Assembly: GCA_951406725.2 (NCBI GenBank)
Contig: OX597818.1
Location: 103,416,001 to 103,480,000, forward strand
Direction: 5' to 3'
DNA from: Octopus vulgaris
Lineage: Eukaryota
DNA: 64,000 nucleotides
In this document: one piece after another, positions 13,648 through 26,530 of the stretch
How positions within the stretch are numbered: the stretch's first letter is position 1
Layout of the letters: each line of letters starts with the position of its first letter
Notes under the pieces: generated by a model
Database searches by the model: none
Told to the model about the DNA's origin: nothing
What the model saw: the letters and a program-made list of their open reading frames with translations, nothing else
Made by a program: the position numbers and the translations under genes

Positions 13648-14700
13648 ATGTATATATGGAGGAATAAAATTAGAGTAGACCACAGCCTGACTCTTAACCT
13701 ATGTACCATTATAACCTCGATTAATAATAAAAAACTAGACACATTCTATGAAGCTAGGAAAATTAGGAACAATAAATCTAACAACAAACAGGCTAATAGA
13801 ACAAATCCCACCACTAACGAAGCGCCTCCAAGTAACACAGACAACAACCAGAGTAGTAATGTCCCACCTCAACACAACACGAACACAGATATACCTAATA
13901 AATTATGTGGCTGCAGGGATAGAAGTAAGTGCCAATTCTCTAATAGATGTAAAACTAGAAACGTAGTTTTCCAATGTGACATACAGACAAATAGCCATAT
14001 AAAACCCTATATAGGAGCCACGAAAAACGTAATTATACTTAGGTACAACGCACACCAATCTAGCTTCAGAAATAGGAGTAAGACAAACTCAACAGGGCTT
14101 AGTAGCAATATATGGGAGCTTAAGGACAAAAAACAAAAGAATATAGATTAGAATGGCGCAAACTCGCAAAAACAGCTACTTATAATCCTACCAATAGAGA
14201 GTGCGACCTCTGTTTAACCGAAGGCCTGGAAATTCTAACGGCTGAACACCCTCGTTATTATAGAAAATATGAAAACAGTGTTTTTTGTCTATATATAGAC
14301 CTCTTTGTCTTTTCCAAGTATCGGTAAACCCGCTTGACCCTTTACAAATCCAACGCTAGGTTCTTCATCTAAATAATCCTATTTATCCGAGAGCAACTTA
14401 AACTATTTAAACGCAAACATTCACCTCCCAAACTCTCACTCGCTTTACACACCCCATAATACATTATTTTACACCTACTCATGGCTTCTCCCATTACTTC
14501 CAACTTCCTACAACTTTAATTCCAAAAGGCACATAAATTCCTTACTCACGCCGAACTGAGTAATCCAGGCAGCGTTAACCCCCCTTTTTTTACCATGGAT
14601 TAGAGTTAACCCACTTTCTTTACACCGCCAGTGAAACGTGTGGCCAGAATAAACAAGTGGAAATTAGATGCTTACTTAAACTTTGGACTACAGATCAAAA
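13648..14700 (+). mobile_element. Penelope-like element 3' portion: Cys linker and GIY-YIG endonuclease (pseudogenised) plus tail
   Basis: CGCRDRSKCQFSNRCKTRNVVFQCDI..PYIGAT..RYNAHQSSF..STGLSSNIWELKDK, continuing after a frameshift as EWRKLAKTATYNPTNRECDLCLTE. Confidence 0.9.
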
Positions 14701-14829
14701 TAAATTCCATCTAACATCCACTTCGCAGCAAAATTATCAACTCAGAAATCTACTACAATGTACGACCCACCATTCATTATCTTTACAATAATCCTTTATG
14801 TACATAGCAACTAACCTAGCTACATCAAT

Positions 14830-17105
14830 CTCAATGATGGGACTATCAGAAAACCACAAAAAATGGACCCAACGTTGACAACACTGCCATCACATCGGTG
14901 CTGCAACTGAATATCTGAGGTCTGTTAACTCTTAGTAACGGGACTCAAATTCCTTTCTTGAGAAACCTTGTTGCATGCAATCAAACCTTATGTATAGCCC
15001 TTGCTGAAACGCACCTAAAAGTAGATATACCGAAAGCAGAAATACACATACAACAGTGTATTGTATTACGGACCGACAGAAATGAAAGGAGTCACGGTAG
15101 AGTTGCTATGTAGACCCACGAAGACATCACACCCCAGGTGGGTTTTTTTTATCACACTCAAATTCAGTATAACACATTAATGTACATATAAGACAACTCT
15201 ATGTAGTTATATGAACTACATATCACCCTCCAGATGCTCTGAATCACGTGAACAAGTTTAAAGACTGTCATACAAAATTAGAATACGTTCTAGTTACATT
15301 AGGACAACACATAAGTGTACTTCATATTAGAGACATCAATCTGCCCAGTGTCGAATAGTCTCAGAGCCTTTCTCTCTTGGGAATGGCGCGTTGCGAACAA
15401 GGAAGGTGATGTCCCTCCTGAACCTCATTAACACATTTGTACATGGAGCAAATAATACTCCAACGAAACAGAGCAGGTAATATACCAGATCTCTGTTTCA
15501 CAAATAATATGGATATTATCAAAAATGTGACAGGGACAACGACGTTACTCTCGGATCGCAATATAGTAGAGCTGAACATGTACAGACCAAAGGAAACCAT
15601 AGACATGCAAACTATAAGAGTCTCAAAAGCTTGCCAGTTTGAACTTGCATGAGGTAAATTGGAAACAAATTGAGAAAGAGATCCCCAAACAGAAGTGGAC
15701 AAAATGTCTCTACTTACTGGACTGCAACATGAAACTTCAACAATTAATATCTGTAATGCAAGCCATATGCTACTAATGTGTCCCAGAGAGAAAGGTCGCT
15801 GTACAAAAGAAGAAAATCCTCAAGGAAAGGAAAGTTCTAATGAGACGGTGTAGAAAAAATTTTAAATCGCTTAAACAAATTGAAAGTAGTGAAAAATTCC
15901 GCCTGAAAATACAACTGCTGGAGATTGAAAAAAATTCCTCTCAGCCATGAGAAAGAAAAACCAGATAAAGAAGGATGGGCTATAGACAATCTAACCCCTG
16001 GGCCCCCTGCAAGTTTGCCAAAGAAACATCCTCGGTGCACTGCAGATTAGGGTCACTCTTCGAAAAAGATGGTTCACTGTCAAGAAACCAATGAGGATAA
16101 GTGAAATACTAAATGAGCAATTCAAAAGTGTCTTCCCTCCGCCCCTGGGACACTTGCAAGTGAACAATCCAGCTGACATTTTCGCCACTACAGATATAAA
16201 ATCAGAGGCATTGATGATTGATTACAAAAATATAAAAGTAAGACGATATAATAAGGGCTATAGATGAGATGAACCTTAACACAGCTATTTGACCCTGATG
16301 GATTTCTAGTAATCCTTCTAAAATCATTAAGCGAATACTAGCAAGACCACTGCAGTCTTTCCTCCAGAGTTTCCTTGCAACTGACACATTTCCAAGCAAA
16401 GCTGAAAGAAAGTAAAATATGTCCCATTCATAAGGTATCAGAGCAGAGGCCAAAAACTACAGTGCTATCTCTCTGACCTCGCACATCAGGAAATCAAGGA
16501 ACAAAGAGTAAGAAGAAGACAAATCACGTTCCTTGAGGGAAATGACTTGCTGACTAACACAGAACATGTTTCCAGCCAAGATAAAGCTGCGTAACTCAGT
16601 TCTTACAACATTATGACTGGGTGTTGAACCAGCTGTTCAAACACACAAATGTGAATGAGATATATCTCAACTTTGCAAAGGTTTTCGACAAAGTTGAGCA
16701 TGGAATAATATATCACAAACTGCGTGATCTCGAGATAGTCGGGAAATTTTGAAAATGACTACATGACTTTCTGAAAGATAAAAATCAAGCAGCATTAACA
16801 ATGAGGCTACCTACAATGGCACGTAAATATTGAGCGGTTCCGCAAGGCGCAGTTTTTGAACCACAACTGTTCATAATGGCCCTCTCAGACATGCCTAAAT
16901 GAGCAATTCAAAAGTGTTTCCCTAAACCCCTAGGACACTTGCAAGTGAGCAATCAAACTGACGTTTAGGCCACTGCAAATATAAAATCGGAGGCATTGAT
17001 GATTGATTACATAAATATAAAAGTACGACGATATAATAAGGGCTCAACCACACAGAATGCCACGATCAGATGTTATGCAGATGAAACTAAAGTCTCACAG
17101 ATATT
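14830..17105 (+). mobile_element. CR1/L2-like LINE ORF2 remnant (APE endonuclease plus RT), many stops and frameshifts
   Basis: LQLNI*GL, IALAETHL, RTDR..SHGRVA (APE); GNIPDLCFTN; NYSAISLTSHI; IYLNFAKVFDKVEH; PQGAVFEPQLF; CYADETK. Confidence 0.9.
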
Positions 17106-17679
17106 ATAAGATCGTTTTTCTAATGATCTGTAAAATTAATATAAACTATATGGCTTCAAAGGCTTCAGACTTTTATTGTCGGAATTAGCATGAGACTATA
17201 AGCAGTGGTAGACAACAAAGAAGATCGAGCTGTAGCGTCTTTTCGGGTGTAATATTTTAATTTTTTTTTACGATAAAAATGCCACGAAAACAATATTTTT
17301 TCGGGTAAGTGCTGATAACGAATAGTTGTAGATGCTAATAATTACTTATACGCGCTTAGATTAAGATTCTGGCAATTCACAATACCTACGATATAATATA
17401 ATCTTACGTTGGTATGTAACACTTATATCAGAAAAGTGAACCAAGCTGACATCCTGCTGCCGTGAGAAAAACAGTGAAAGATAACGCGCGTAGGTTTCTG
17501 TGTTTATTCAAATAATATTTCATACTTGTTCAAATTACTGAACACCCTTAATATAAAATGCGATTTCTTTTTTCTTTAAAAATTGTTATTTAATATGAAC
17601 ATGTCAATTTGAATTAAATATCTATGTGACAGAAAATTTTGGTCATTGCTTCCCCAGCAAGAAAGATCGACGTACACTC

Positions 17680-17723
<44 letters not shown>

Positions 17724-17724
<1 letters not shown>

Positions 17725-17972
17725 TGTTGTGTATGGGGAGAGTCATTCTCTCTTTGTGCCTTATTATTTAACACACTCACCGGTAAAACTTCTACTTGTT
17801 CCTTATTTTTATTTTCCTAAAATTTTCGTTGCGTCTTTCAAGACTATTGAAAAGGTTGCAAGACGCAACGAAAATTTTAGAAAATAAAAATAAGAATTAA
17901 GTGGAAATTTAACCGGTGAGTGTGTTAAATAGTAAGGCACTAAAAGAGAATGACTCTCCCCAGACACAACAG
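17724..17972. mobile_element. Fold-back palindromic element with central hammerhead-like motif
   Basis: ~115-bp inverted arms (ctgttgtgtatggggagagtcattctc.../...gagaatgactctccccagacacaacag). (TA)n on the left side. Confidence 0.85.
17844..17880 (+). ncRNA. Variant minimal hammerhead-like motif (U3-A8 core)
   Basis: CTA TTGAAAA G GTTGC aagac GCAAC GAAA AT T T TAG. Confidence 0.5.
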
Positions 17973-18051
17973 AATATGCTTCAACATACAAACTCATATA
18001 AAGAATCTTGCAAACCAAATCCCAAAACGAAATATATATATATATATATAC

Positions 18052-18206
18052 GCAGCGGGCTTCTTTCAGTTTCTATCCAGAAAATCCACTGACAAGGCTT
18101 TGGGCGGCGCGAGGATATTGTAGAAGACACGTGCAGCCTGCAGTGGGAATATACACGGAAGCATGTGGATGGGGAGCAAGCCTCTTACCACATAGCTATG
18201 CATTTG

Positions 18207-18208
<2 letters not shown>
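18052..18208 (-). mobile_element. SINE family B, 5' half
   Basis: cgggcttctttcagtttc..aatccactgacaaggctttgg..gaagacac..gcagtggga. Confidence 0.8.
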
Positions 18209-18241
<33 letters not shown>

Positions 18242-18324
18242 CAAGAGAGAAGGGAGAGAATGAGAGAGAGTGAGGAAGAGCGAGAGAAAGAGGAGATGCT
18301 GTCATATTATATAGGGAAATACAT

Positions 18325-18700
18325 AGGGCTGTGTTGTAGGTAGCTTGTTTACCAACCACATGGTTCCGGGTTCAGTCCCACTGCGTGACACCTTGGGCAA
18401 GTGTCTTCTACTATAGCCTCGGGCCGACCAAAGCCTTGTGAGTGGATTTGGTAGACGGAAACTGAAAGAAGCCCGTCGTATATATGTATATATATATATA
18501 TATGCGTGTATGTGTTTGTGTATGTGTTTGTCCTAGCATTGCTTGACAACCGATGCTGGTGTGTTTATGTCCCCGTTACTTAGCGGTTCGGCAAAAGAGA
18601 CCGATAGAATAAGTACTGGGCTTACAAAAGAATAAGTCCCGGGGTCGAGTTGCTCGATTAAATGACTGAAACAAGTAAAAGAAAAAAGAAAAGAATAAAA
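18325..18700 (+). mobile_element. SINE family B, near full length, with internal (TA)/(TG) microsatellite
   Basis: gctgtg..gtagcttg..ggttccgggttcagtcccactgcg..accttgggcaagt..gaagcccgtcg(TA)n..cttagcggttcggc..gactgaaacaagtaaaag. Confidence 0.9.
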
Positions 18701-18719
18701 GAATGTATATATATATATT

Positions 18720-18912
18720 CGCCATGATAGATGGCTAGCCACTACACATTCTTTATTATCTCTCCTTGTTACCTTCTGTGTTCCTTTCTGTAGAAGAGCG
18801 TAAGCTCGAAACGTTAAAGACTTTTTCAGTTCCCGAGCGTTATACTGATACATCTGTCTGTTGTCTCCACCACCTGTCTTTGTCTTGTGTTTTTTTGTGA
18901 ATTCTCCCTATA
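18720..18912 (+). mobile_element. PLE-terminus-like module with hammerhead-like motif at 18784-18819
   Basis: CTTT CTGTAGA A GAGC gtaa GCTC GAAA CG T T AAAG. Flanked by short (TA)n on both sides. Confidence 0.6.
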
Positions 18913-19642
18913 TATATCCATCTATATATATGTCAAGAAATGCTCATACTCATACACACATAGGATAAGGTTAGTAAATGCACATACGTTTATATATATA
19001 TATATATATATATGCAATATATCTAAGTGTGTGTTTCCCCTTTCAGACGTATTAATAAGATGTCAATTTTTAAAAAAATATATGACAGAAATAGAATGAT
19101 AATCCAGGTTGAACATAATTTTTCCATGGTTTCGGAGGAAGAAGACATACACGAGATCACTTGAAGCTATTTATGTTTCATTTGTATTTAAGCTAGTTAC
19201 ATTATCAAGAAAGAAAACTTATTAGACTAGTTTTGACAGCAGCCCACTCGAAGTTCGTGAAACTAATTTTTATATCATTTGCTCTAAATTTCAAACAAAA
19301 ACCTTCATTTTGTGTATCATTTTCTATTATTTATTAATCTTGAATCCTGTCTGTATGAACAAATTTAGTTGTGTTTTAGATGCTTTGGAATATGGCTGAC
19401 ACGTTGTGGATAACATATAGACATATACAGATCTAATAAGATATAGGTACTTATTCCTTTGAAAACATGTTTTACTTCAAAATATAATTTGCAATATACG
19501 AGGCAAATGTTTTCGTTTTATCTTCTTTAATATTATTGCATCAATTCTAGACAGTTTTATATTCTGTGTTATGTTAAATAACTCAATATGTCTCAATGAA
19601 AATCCGTGTCTGTTTGTGGATCTCCTTATTTGCTCGTTGTCT

Positions 19643-19686
<44 letters not shown>

Positions 19687-19820
19687 GTAAAATCTTCAAT
19701 ATTCGTAGAGTAGATATTGCTAAGTCACTTTTGGGGTTTATTTACAATGCCGAAACTCACACACAATAGGTCTGTGTATACGATTAAGATTAATAATAAG
19801 CAATATTTATTTAACGGCTA

Positions 19821-19878
<58 letters not shown>

Positions 19879-19948
19879 CAACAAACTTACTTAGAAATGG
19901 ATGCGTGGGTTCCGTCATATAATAAATTAGTAAATAAAATAAAACATA

Positions 19949-20089
19949 TGCATATATACATACATATATGTACGTACCTACCTCTACATGTATATATACA
20001 TGCATATATGGGTTGGTGCCCTGTACCCATATATGCATGTATATATACATGTAGAGGTAGGTACGTACATATATGTATGTATATATGCA
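19949..20089. repeat. Perfect 65-bp inverted repeat with 11-nt loop
   Basis: 19949-20013 is the exact reverse complement of 20025-20089. Imperfect extension to ~19921 and ~20113. Confidence 0.95.
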
Positions 20090-20134
20090 AATTTTTTTTT
20101 TATTTACTAATTTACTTTATTTTATTTATTAATT

Positions 20135-20181
<47 letters not shown>

Positions 20182-22335
20182 ATATACTTGACAAGTGGAT
20201 TATGCGCTTCATGGGTCACTGTGTCATAAAATAATAATAGTGATAACTGAAATTCACAGAATTCTGGAGAAATAATATTTAAATGACAAGACATTGCATT
20301 CCGCTGAGAAAATTAATTACAATTTACTAAATCAGTAATTTGATTAGCTTATCGCATTAGAATCCACTAATTCAATTAGCTCGAATGTTGATATACTCAC
20401 AGTTTGAGACCAAATTCGGCCACTTTAATGTTTGATTGTCATAATTAGTGTTGTGGCGTGAATCATTAAGATTTCAGAAATGCTCTCAGTGTGTCTAAAA
20501 GACTGATTTGGGGAAGAAAGCATCGACATATAACAGAGCTCGTGTCGTTAATGCTTGTGCATTATTTGTATAACGTATAATGATTATCTACAAATAGTGA
20601 AACAACATAATGGAAAGTGGAGTAAACTACTTGATAACTATAGTTGACATTTTAAATGCATTTAATAGTAAGATTAGTGAATAAAGTAAGCGCAAGATGT
20701 AAACGCTAAGACGAGGCATGGCTGATGTCTAATTCGGAATAATGCTTTTCACCTCATTAACGGAGTCAATAACCGAAAGAAATGTAAGAACATTACAATA
20801 GCCATTTACCAACCCCTCAAATATATAACGACTGGTCAGCAATAAAAATAAACGGATCTCTAATAATTTTCTAATTTGGTATCTTTTATTCAAATATATA
20901 ATGCCAGTTATCTTCCGTCACAATGTGTTTGTCCACGCCTGTATTTATTGATATTACTGCTAAAAGAGCTGGTCCCTACACAAATACAGAATTTTCTCAG
21001 CATAAGAAAAGATATAGGATTTGATGTTGCTTCAAGTCTCTTACTGAATTCGGCTCATATATTTTTAATCTAAAATGCCGTTTTGTTTCTTGTCCCAATT
21101 TTACTTCCTTAAAACAACACAAAAGTATTCTGTCAACTACTGCATGTAAAAGAACGTTTCTTTTCTCTTCTCACTCTCGCCATACCCCTTATTTCCTCGC
21201 ACCCAATTACCTTTACTTCCTTTGACTTGGCATGATTTATTCAGCTGTAATTTTTTTCCTTGTTCACTGACGGACACAGGTCTTCTTCGTCTGTACACCA
21301 ATTGACTTATCCCTCACCTATTCTACCTAATTGAAATCAACCTTGATTTTACTAAAAAAAAAAAAACTCACAGCCCACTCCGGTACTTCACTAACCCACA
21401 CTGCCGTTCCTGATCTATATTATACCTTGATATATTTATGCCCTCTCCCTAGATCTAGTAATCCACACTACTCACTCATCTCTTTGCTTTGTCATATTCT
21501 CTGTAACAATAGTATTAGCCTCGAAATAGTGGAATATTCTCTTTTTATACCAGATCAACTCAATTTTCTACGACACAGACCAAAACTAGTTTCCTTGGAT
21601 TTTGCGTCCGAATGCAATAACGTTACAAGTATGAAAGTGGAAACTTGTTATTATGAAACATCAAGCTACAGGAATATTTATTATGGTATCATTAATACAA
21701 ATATGAATGAATTTTGTTCAACTGTAGATGAAATATTCTGCGACGACTCGACAACAAAATACTACTGAAGTGTTATATATTTGATGTGAGCCGCAACAAA
21801 ATAGCGTGTAACTTTATAGACAGTACGCTTCATTGCAGAAAAATATGGCAGAAGCGTGTATGGTAGAACACGAAACGATGTCTGGAAAGTAAGGAGAAAA
21901 TTATTACTGCCAAGAGAGACAGGAGAGAGGTGAAGAGGATCAGAGAGAACAACATGGAAAATAGAAATGAAAGAGTAATAAAAACAAGTTTAAGATATTG
22001 TAAAACAATACATAGGTGGGTGTATGTGCCGGCGTGTCCAAGTATTTGCATGTGTCTTTGTGTGTATGTTTGAATGTGAGATCTATGATGAGATAGAAAA
22101 TAACACAACCCTTGAATGCCTTTTGAACTGTAAGTTATTTTCTCTGTATTTGAATTGTGTAACTTTGTAGACTACGTAACTTAGCTTCATTTATTTCCCT
22201 CGAGTCACGAGGTGCTGACGATTCAATAAAAAAAAACTCCAATGAAATGGCGCTATACAGTGCTAGAAATGACCAGACATTTTAAGATCACTATAATACA
22301 TATGAAAATAAATATTAAATGCATATATTCTATTC

Positions 22336-22630
22336 GTGAAGGTGTGTGATCTAGTGGTTTGAATGTTGCAGTGATTGCTAGATCGTAGGTCCGATTCTTG
22401 AGCTATGAGACACGTTAAATTCTTGAACAAAACATTTTGTTTCACATTGCTCCAATCCAGTCAGCTGTAAATGGATAACCCTATGGTGGAAAAGTCATCG
22501 GATCAGTGGGGATGTTGGCCTGCTCGCCGACCAGGATGGGTAGCATGATTCGAAGGCTAAAAGAACGCCATCCAATTGTAAGTAGCGTGGCGTAATAACA
22601 TCCGATAGTTTGGTCAATATCGTGATACCA
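22336..22630 (+). mobile_element. SINE family C-like (degenerate)
   Basis: gtgaagg..ctagtggttt A-box-like head; cttgaacaaaacattttgtttcacattgctccaatccagtcagctg matches the reverse complement of 47285-47340. Confidence 0.6.
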
Positions 22631-23249
22631 GAATATTCTTTGCACATACTTTATTCTGTGATTTAAGTTTCAACGTTCAGAACCTGCTTCAATTTAAATT
22701 TATAAAACTTTACCATATACCTCACTACAAATTTCATACTTGACGGCCTAACAAATATTTTATTTGCAATTTTGTCCTTAGCTGCAATATTTTAATTAAA
22801 AATATTCTTGTTCAGCACTTTACCAGATGTAATAAATTGGCCAAAATTCTCCAAGTGTAAGAAATAGTCCTGTAATTTTTCAGGTTTATAATCTTAAGGA
22901 TATTATTTCTCTTGCTCACATTTTTCCATGTAATATATATACATCTATGCGTATGTGTATGGATACATATGCAGACGTATATGTGTAAGTATGTGGTCCT
23001 ATATAACAGTGCATATACACATTTATATGTATGCGTGTGCGCGTATATCTATATATACGTATTTTTCTTTCTATCGGTGATTTATCAGTCCCCACCATCA
23101 CTTTAGGTAGTACAATATCTGACATAATATAAATGCCTACATCTATATTTAGCAAGTTGGCCCTTATATTTTCTTATTCTTCCCTTCGTTTTTGAGGATT
23201 ATTACTCACTTTTAGACTCAATGCATAGGCTTCGAAGTGCGATGTGATG

Positions 23250-24480
23250 TAGCAGTCACGAGTCCAAAATAGGCTGCCCTTCATATCGTTATTACTGTCT
23301 TCTTCGAGTCTCCGGGAAACATATACATGTACAGTACCTTTCTTTTGTAAGCTGATAATTTCCTACCCAGGTGTACTTTCAGGTATGTCAGTCTGGCTAT
23401 TTGGGATTGTACTGGAGTTCACTGCCAACACGGCGGATGCTATTCTCTTCGCTTTTCAGCACTGTCTGTGTATCACTATTTGCTACTGTTGTTTAACAAG
23501 TGCTAGCTCAGAGAGACTTTAAAACATTCGACAGCTGTCAGGTCTGATCTCAGTCCCCTACCTCCTTCATATCTTCGTATGTAGAACCTAGAAATGTTCA
23601 GTTGATGTCAAGATCTTGTCCGTTTCAATGACTGTGGAATTAATTTCCCCAACAGACTTGTCAAGTATCCCAAATGTTAGAGTAATGATATAGCCAAAGA
23701 TTTGCGGGATATTATCTTGTTCTACAAAGAAAACATTTGACTGCCGTACCTTCCTAAATCTGGTATAATATTCTCAGGTCATTCTAAATATATTCCCATC
23801 ACGTTATATTATATGCTTTCATCAAAGCCAAGGTATAATTACCATTCATTGTATTGAACAGGAGAGATAGTGAGACAGATGACGCAGAAGCTTAGGTTGG
23901 GGAACGCCCAAAATTCAAATACGAATATTTGTATTAGCCAACTTATATTACAACGTCTTCTGAAAATGTTATTAACTCCGGCTAGTTTTTGGGTATTTTA
24001 AACAGTTTCAGTATAAATCTTCAGTTCAACCACAGAAAAAGTATTGGTTACGTTAATATCTCTAGCAGTTGCAAAACCTAGCATGTAATCATTTGATTTG
24101 GTAACAGGAATAATAATGAAATTAATGCTACAATTGATAGAATTACAGAAAAAAAAAAACATACTATCCACTTGGATTATAACTTTTGAAATATCTATAA
24201 TATTGGAGGTGAACTTTTAGCTCTGAGTTGAAAGTGTGAGAATTGTTACCCAGGTCTTTCTGAATCTAAGGTTGCAGTCACACTTGCAAAATGGAAATAC
24301 TTCAGCAGCCATGAGTGGGGAATTGTACCAAATCCCTTCCTATAATCCAGCCATAATGCTGCAACGTTTCTACAGTGTTTTCTTGCTTCAGGTACTGCAC
24401 TATTATTCCCACACTCCATTGTTTCCGCTTCCTTGCTCATCAGTCACTGTTTTTGGACTAGAAATCATCCTGGAGTAATT
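23250..24480 (-). mobile_element. R4/Dong-like non-LTR retrotransposon RT remnant
   Basis: Minus-strand translations: NVAALWLDYRKGFGTIPHSWL, YLGFDESI, TFGILDKSVGEI, RFYIRRYEGGRGLRS. Confidence 0.8.
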
Positions 24481-24502
24481 CGTCAAGGCAGCTTGTGCAC
24501 AT

Positions 24503-24912
24503 AGGCCCAGGAGTGGTTGTGTGGTAAGTAGCTTGCTGGCGAACCACATGGTTCCGGGTTCAGTCCCACTGCGTGGCACCTTGGGCATGTGTCTTCTACT
24601 ATAGCCTCGGGCCGACCAAAGCCTTGTAAGTGGATTTGGTCGACGGAAACTGAAAGAAACCCGTCGTATATATGTATATATGTGCGTGTATATATGTTTG
24701 TGTGTCTGTGTTTGTCCCCCAACATCGCTTCACAACCGCTGCTTGTGTGTTTACGTCCCCGTAACTTAGCGGTTCGGCACAAGTTATCGATACAATAAAT
24801 ACTAGGCTTACAAAGAATAATTCGTGGGTCGATTTGGTCGACTAAAGGCGGTGCTCCAGCATGATCGCAGTCGAATGACTGAAGCAAGTAAAAGAGTAAA
24901 AATGAAAAGAGT
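24503..24912 (+). mobile_element. SINE family B, full length
   Basis: ggcccaggagtggttgtgtggtaag head through ggcggtgctccagcatgatcgcagtcgaatgactgaagcaagtaaaagagt tail. Confidence 0.9.
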
Positions 24913-25241
24913 AATTTGCACATAATAATTAGGCAAAACAAATGGGCCTATAGTATTCTGTCCACTCGGTGGATTAATTCTTGGCTACAAGATTCGTCCG
25001 TGCTATAGCAAGTCAATTAGGTATAACAATCTGCCATTCCATAATCCTTTAGAATATGCATATTCTATACTTCGAACAAGTATAGTGCTATTGGACGCTC
25101 AGGAAAGTGAAGTAAGAAGGAAGATTTAACGTCTCGAGCAGATGCCTTTGTCAGAAATATAGAAAAAGGAAAACTCCAAGGAAGGGAAGACAGAGAAAGA
25201 AAATCGACAACGATACACACGCGGTCACATATTGATATATA

Positions 25242-26530
25242 CGAGGGGCGTTCAATAAGTAATGCCCCTGACCCACTTCCCATACCAGTAGAGCAACGAA
25301 ACTTGGCACAGTTATTAGTCTTTTTCGACATAGGAACCACCCAGAGTTACGCATTTCTCCCATTGTTTGATGCAGCTCTGGAGACCGTTTTTGTAGAAGA
25401 CCCCAGCTTGGTCCTCCAACCTGAACGTGACTTCAGAAATCAAGGCTGCATCATCTGGGAAACGCTTTCCTTTCAAAAACAACTTCATGACTGGGAAGAG
25501 GTGAAAATCAGAGGGTGCAAGGTCAGGAAAGTAGGGGGATGGGGAGGAGTTCATAGCCATACGCCTGTGCTTCTGATCTGGCGACAAGCGAGTTGTGGAC
25601 CGGAGCGTTGTCCTGCAGGAGGAGGATGCCTTTGCTGATCTTGCCCCGCCTCTTGAGTTTGATAACTTCTCTTAATTTCCTCAAAAGTGAAGCATAATAG
25701 GCTCCTGTAATTGTGGTACCCTTTGCCAGGAAATCTGTCATCACTACTCCGTCCTGGTCCCAGAAGACTGTGAGCATGACCTTGCCCGAGGAGGGCTGCA
25801 CCCTTGCCTTCTTTGGAGGGGGTGAGTCACGGTGCTTCCACTGCATTGACTGGGCTTTGGTCTCTGAATCATCGTGATGGACCCAGGTTTCATCCTGTGT
25901 AATCAGTCTTTTGAAAACTTTTGATTCATCTTCTTGGCACATCTCCAAATTCACCCTCGAGCACTCGACGCGTTCTTGCTTCTGGAAAGGCGTGAGCAAC
26001 CTGGGAATCCATCTGGCAGACACCTTTTGCATATGCAAATGGTCATGAATGATAGTTTCCACAGAACCGGTACTAATCTTGACCTCATGGGCTATTTGGC
26101 GAATAATTATGCGTCGATCTTCCAAAATGGCAGCCTCAACTTGACGGACAGATGCCTCATCAATGGCAGAAGGGGCGACCAGATCTGGGAGCTGTTTCCA
26201 CAGAGTTCCGACCATGTTTGAATTCACGATGCCAGCGTTTTACAAGGTCATATGATGGGGCATCATCACCATAAGTAACTTTCATTTCATCAAAAGTCTC
26301 CCGTGGTGTGCGTCCTTTCAAATACAAAAACCGGATCACTGCTCTACACTCAACAGGCTCCATTTCACACTTGACTCGGTTCAAACACCTGTAAATCAGA
26401 AACCACAATTAATTCAGAGCTGTAATTTGCCACTTTCCTCTATAGAGATATAAATGATTGCACATGCAAAATTTCAGCTAGATCAAACAACTGCAAGTGG
26501 ATCAGAGGCATTACTTATTGAACGTCCCTC

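Noticed and set aside
25523-26227. Domesticated SETMAR-like gene
   Set aside because: No SET domain. It is bounded by TIRs and TA TSDs and frameshifted, so it is a plain mariner copy.
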